Origin: an uncultured Verrucomicrobiae bacterium | GTDB taxonomy: Bacteria > Verrucomicrobiota > Verrucomicrobiia > Chthoniobacterales > JAFAMB01 | Direction: 5' to 3' | DNA: 64,000 bases | Assembly: GCA_963837955.1 (NCBI GenBank) | Contig: CAWIPH010000002.1 | Span: 928,001-992,000 of the forward strand | Part shown: positions 62,875 through 64,000 of the stretch, in pieces | Position numbering within the stretch: the stretch's first letter is position 1 | Layout: every line of letters starts with the position of its first letter | Made by a program: the position numbers and the translations under genes | Notes under the pieces: model-generated | Told to the model about the DNA's origin: nothing | What the model saw: only the letters and a program-made list of their open reading frames with translations | Database searches by the model: none

Positions 62875-63494
62875 AATCGATTACCCGATTCATCTTAGGT
62901 ATCTTCGTCCTGTTTGGTCTCTCCTGGATTGGCTTTGTTGCTTATCCGTATATGACGTTCGCCGAACTAAAGCCTGATAGAGACCCGATCACGAACGAGA
63001 GTTCGCCTCCCGGAGTTCCAGGCGTTGCGCAGCAGGGGTCGCATGTTTTTGCTGCTAATGGGTGTGTCTACTGTCACAGCCAATTTATCCGTGACAAGGT
63101 TGAAGGAAGCGACATCGATCGCCAATGGGGAAAACGGCGGACCGTAGCTCGGGACTACCTGAACGATCGACAGGTGTTCCTCGGCGTCTCTCGTTTGGGA
63201 CCCGACTTAACGAACGTCGGCGTCAGACAAAAGGATGCACAATGGTATTATCAATTGCTTTACAATCCTCAGGCGATCGATCCGGTCTCAACCATGCCGG
63301 CGTACCGTTGGTTGTTCCGCGAGCAAAAGATCGATGGCCAGGCGGCCAACAACGCCCTGAAACTGGAAGGCGCGAACAAGCCGAAACCGGGCTACGAAGT
63401 TGTTCCGACGGCCGAAGGGGAATCGCTAGTGGCATACCTGCTGTCGCTTAAGCGTGACTACAGTTTACCGGAAGCACCGGAGCCAAAGGAATGA
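62871..63494 (+). CDS. cbb3-type subunit II (CcoO)-like monoheme cytochrome c
   Basis: N-terminal TM; GCVYCHSQ.IR, R.GPDL..VG, S.MPAY. Confidence 0.88.
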   Translation: MKSITRFILGIFVLFGLSWIGFVAYPYMTFAELKPDRDPITNESSPPGVPGVAQQGSHVFAANGCVYCHSQFIRDKVEGSDIDRQWGKRRTVARDYLNDRQVFLGVSRLGPDLTNVGVRQKDAQWYYQLLYNPQAIDPVSTMPAYRWLFREQKIDGQAANNALKLEGANKPKPGYEVVPTAEGESLVAYLLSLKRDYSLPEAPEPKE

Positions 63495-64000
63495 ATTCCG
63501 AAGAGAGAGATCCCAATGCGATAAGCGGCCCGTCTTCGGAGCTAGAGGAAGCCGCTCCGCGGATGGATAACGCCCCGATTCCAGGATGGCTAATGGCAGT
63601 CATTGGCGTCGGTATATTTTGGGCGGGCGCTTATCTCTTTTCTTATAGCGGTGGGTTTAGCGCCGACGTTTTCGATTACAAGCCGAAGTATGGTCCCCAG
63701 GCCGTCGCTGCCACCGGACCGCCGGATCCGAAAGTGCTTGGTAAGAAACTTTTCTCGGCGAATTGCATTACATGCCATCAGGCGAACGGGCAAGGGCAAC
63801 CCGGGCAATTTCCTCCGCTCGTTGGGTCGGAGTTTGTATTAAGCGACGCTAGCAATCGATTAATCGCGATTGTTCTCAAGGGGCTGCAGGGGCCGGTTCA
63901 GGTCAAAGGACAGACGTTCAATAATGCGATGCAGGCCTGGGAAGGCCAGTACACTGACCAGCAGCTCGCCGCGATCCTGAGCTATGTACGGTCCGATTGG
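63491..64000 (+). CDS. Membrane-anchored class I cytochrome c (runs off the window)
   Basis: Manual translation MNSEERD...WLMAVIGVGIFWAGAYL...NCITCHQANGQG..FPPL...NAMQAW; ATGA overlap with the previous gene. Confidence 0.88.
   Translation, partial: MNSEERDPNAISGPSSELEEAAPRMDNAPIPGWLMAVIGVGIFWAGAYLFSYSGGFSADVFDYKPKYGPQAVAATGPPDPKVLGKKLFSANCITCHQANGQGQPGQFPPLVGSEFVLSDASNRLIAIVLKGLQGPVQVKGQTFNNAMQAWEGQYTDQQLAAILSYVRSDW

Overview
Bacterial chromosomal window that is GC-rich by eye and mostly core genes. A PVC-superphylum origin, probably Verrucomicrobia, is inferred from the double-length UvrA, the tRNA-Thr–tuf–tRNA-Trp–secE gene order and the ACIII operon layout. From left to right: (1) an AraC-controlled sugar ABC operon led by a two-domain ferritin-like (DUF455-type) di-iron protein and ending in a ribokinase; (2) a 1841-aa tandem UvrA; (3) a small plastic region with vapBC, a Zn-finger-like protein, a 177-bp second copy of a uvrA segment fused to half a DUF1643 gene, a membrane protein and an intact DUF1643; (4) a methyltransferase, S8 protease, macro-domain protein, DUF2237, tRNA-Pro, an amidase-like protein and a YmdB phosphoesterase; (5) tRNA-Thr, tuf, tRNA-Trp, secE, nusG, rplKAJL and rpoBC; (6) a PduO-type adenosyltransferase, rpsB and tsf; (7) a liv ABC operon with two binding proteins; (8) a UvrD/PcrA helicase, type III PKS plus ACP, rpsO and pnp; (9) alternative complex III (actA-G) followed by a cbb3 subunit-I-like protein lacking all six metal-ligand histidines, a CcoO-like cytochrome and another cytochrome c that runs off the window. 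Intergenic DNA carries several families of GTAG/GGAG REP/REPIN-like palindromic elements and heptamer tracts. No transposase, integrase, CRISPR array or rRNA is visible. The most notable candidates are the His-less CcoN paralog coupled to ACIII, the di-iron enzyme/sugar-ABC/ribokinase regulon, the uvrA duplicate with only synonymous substitutions flanking a toxin-antitoxin module, the REPIN family with an inverted inner loop, and a putative rRNA-mimic RNA upstream of rplL. All family assignments come from motif recognition by eye, with no database searches.
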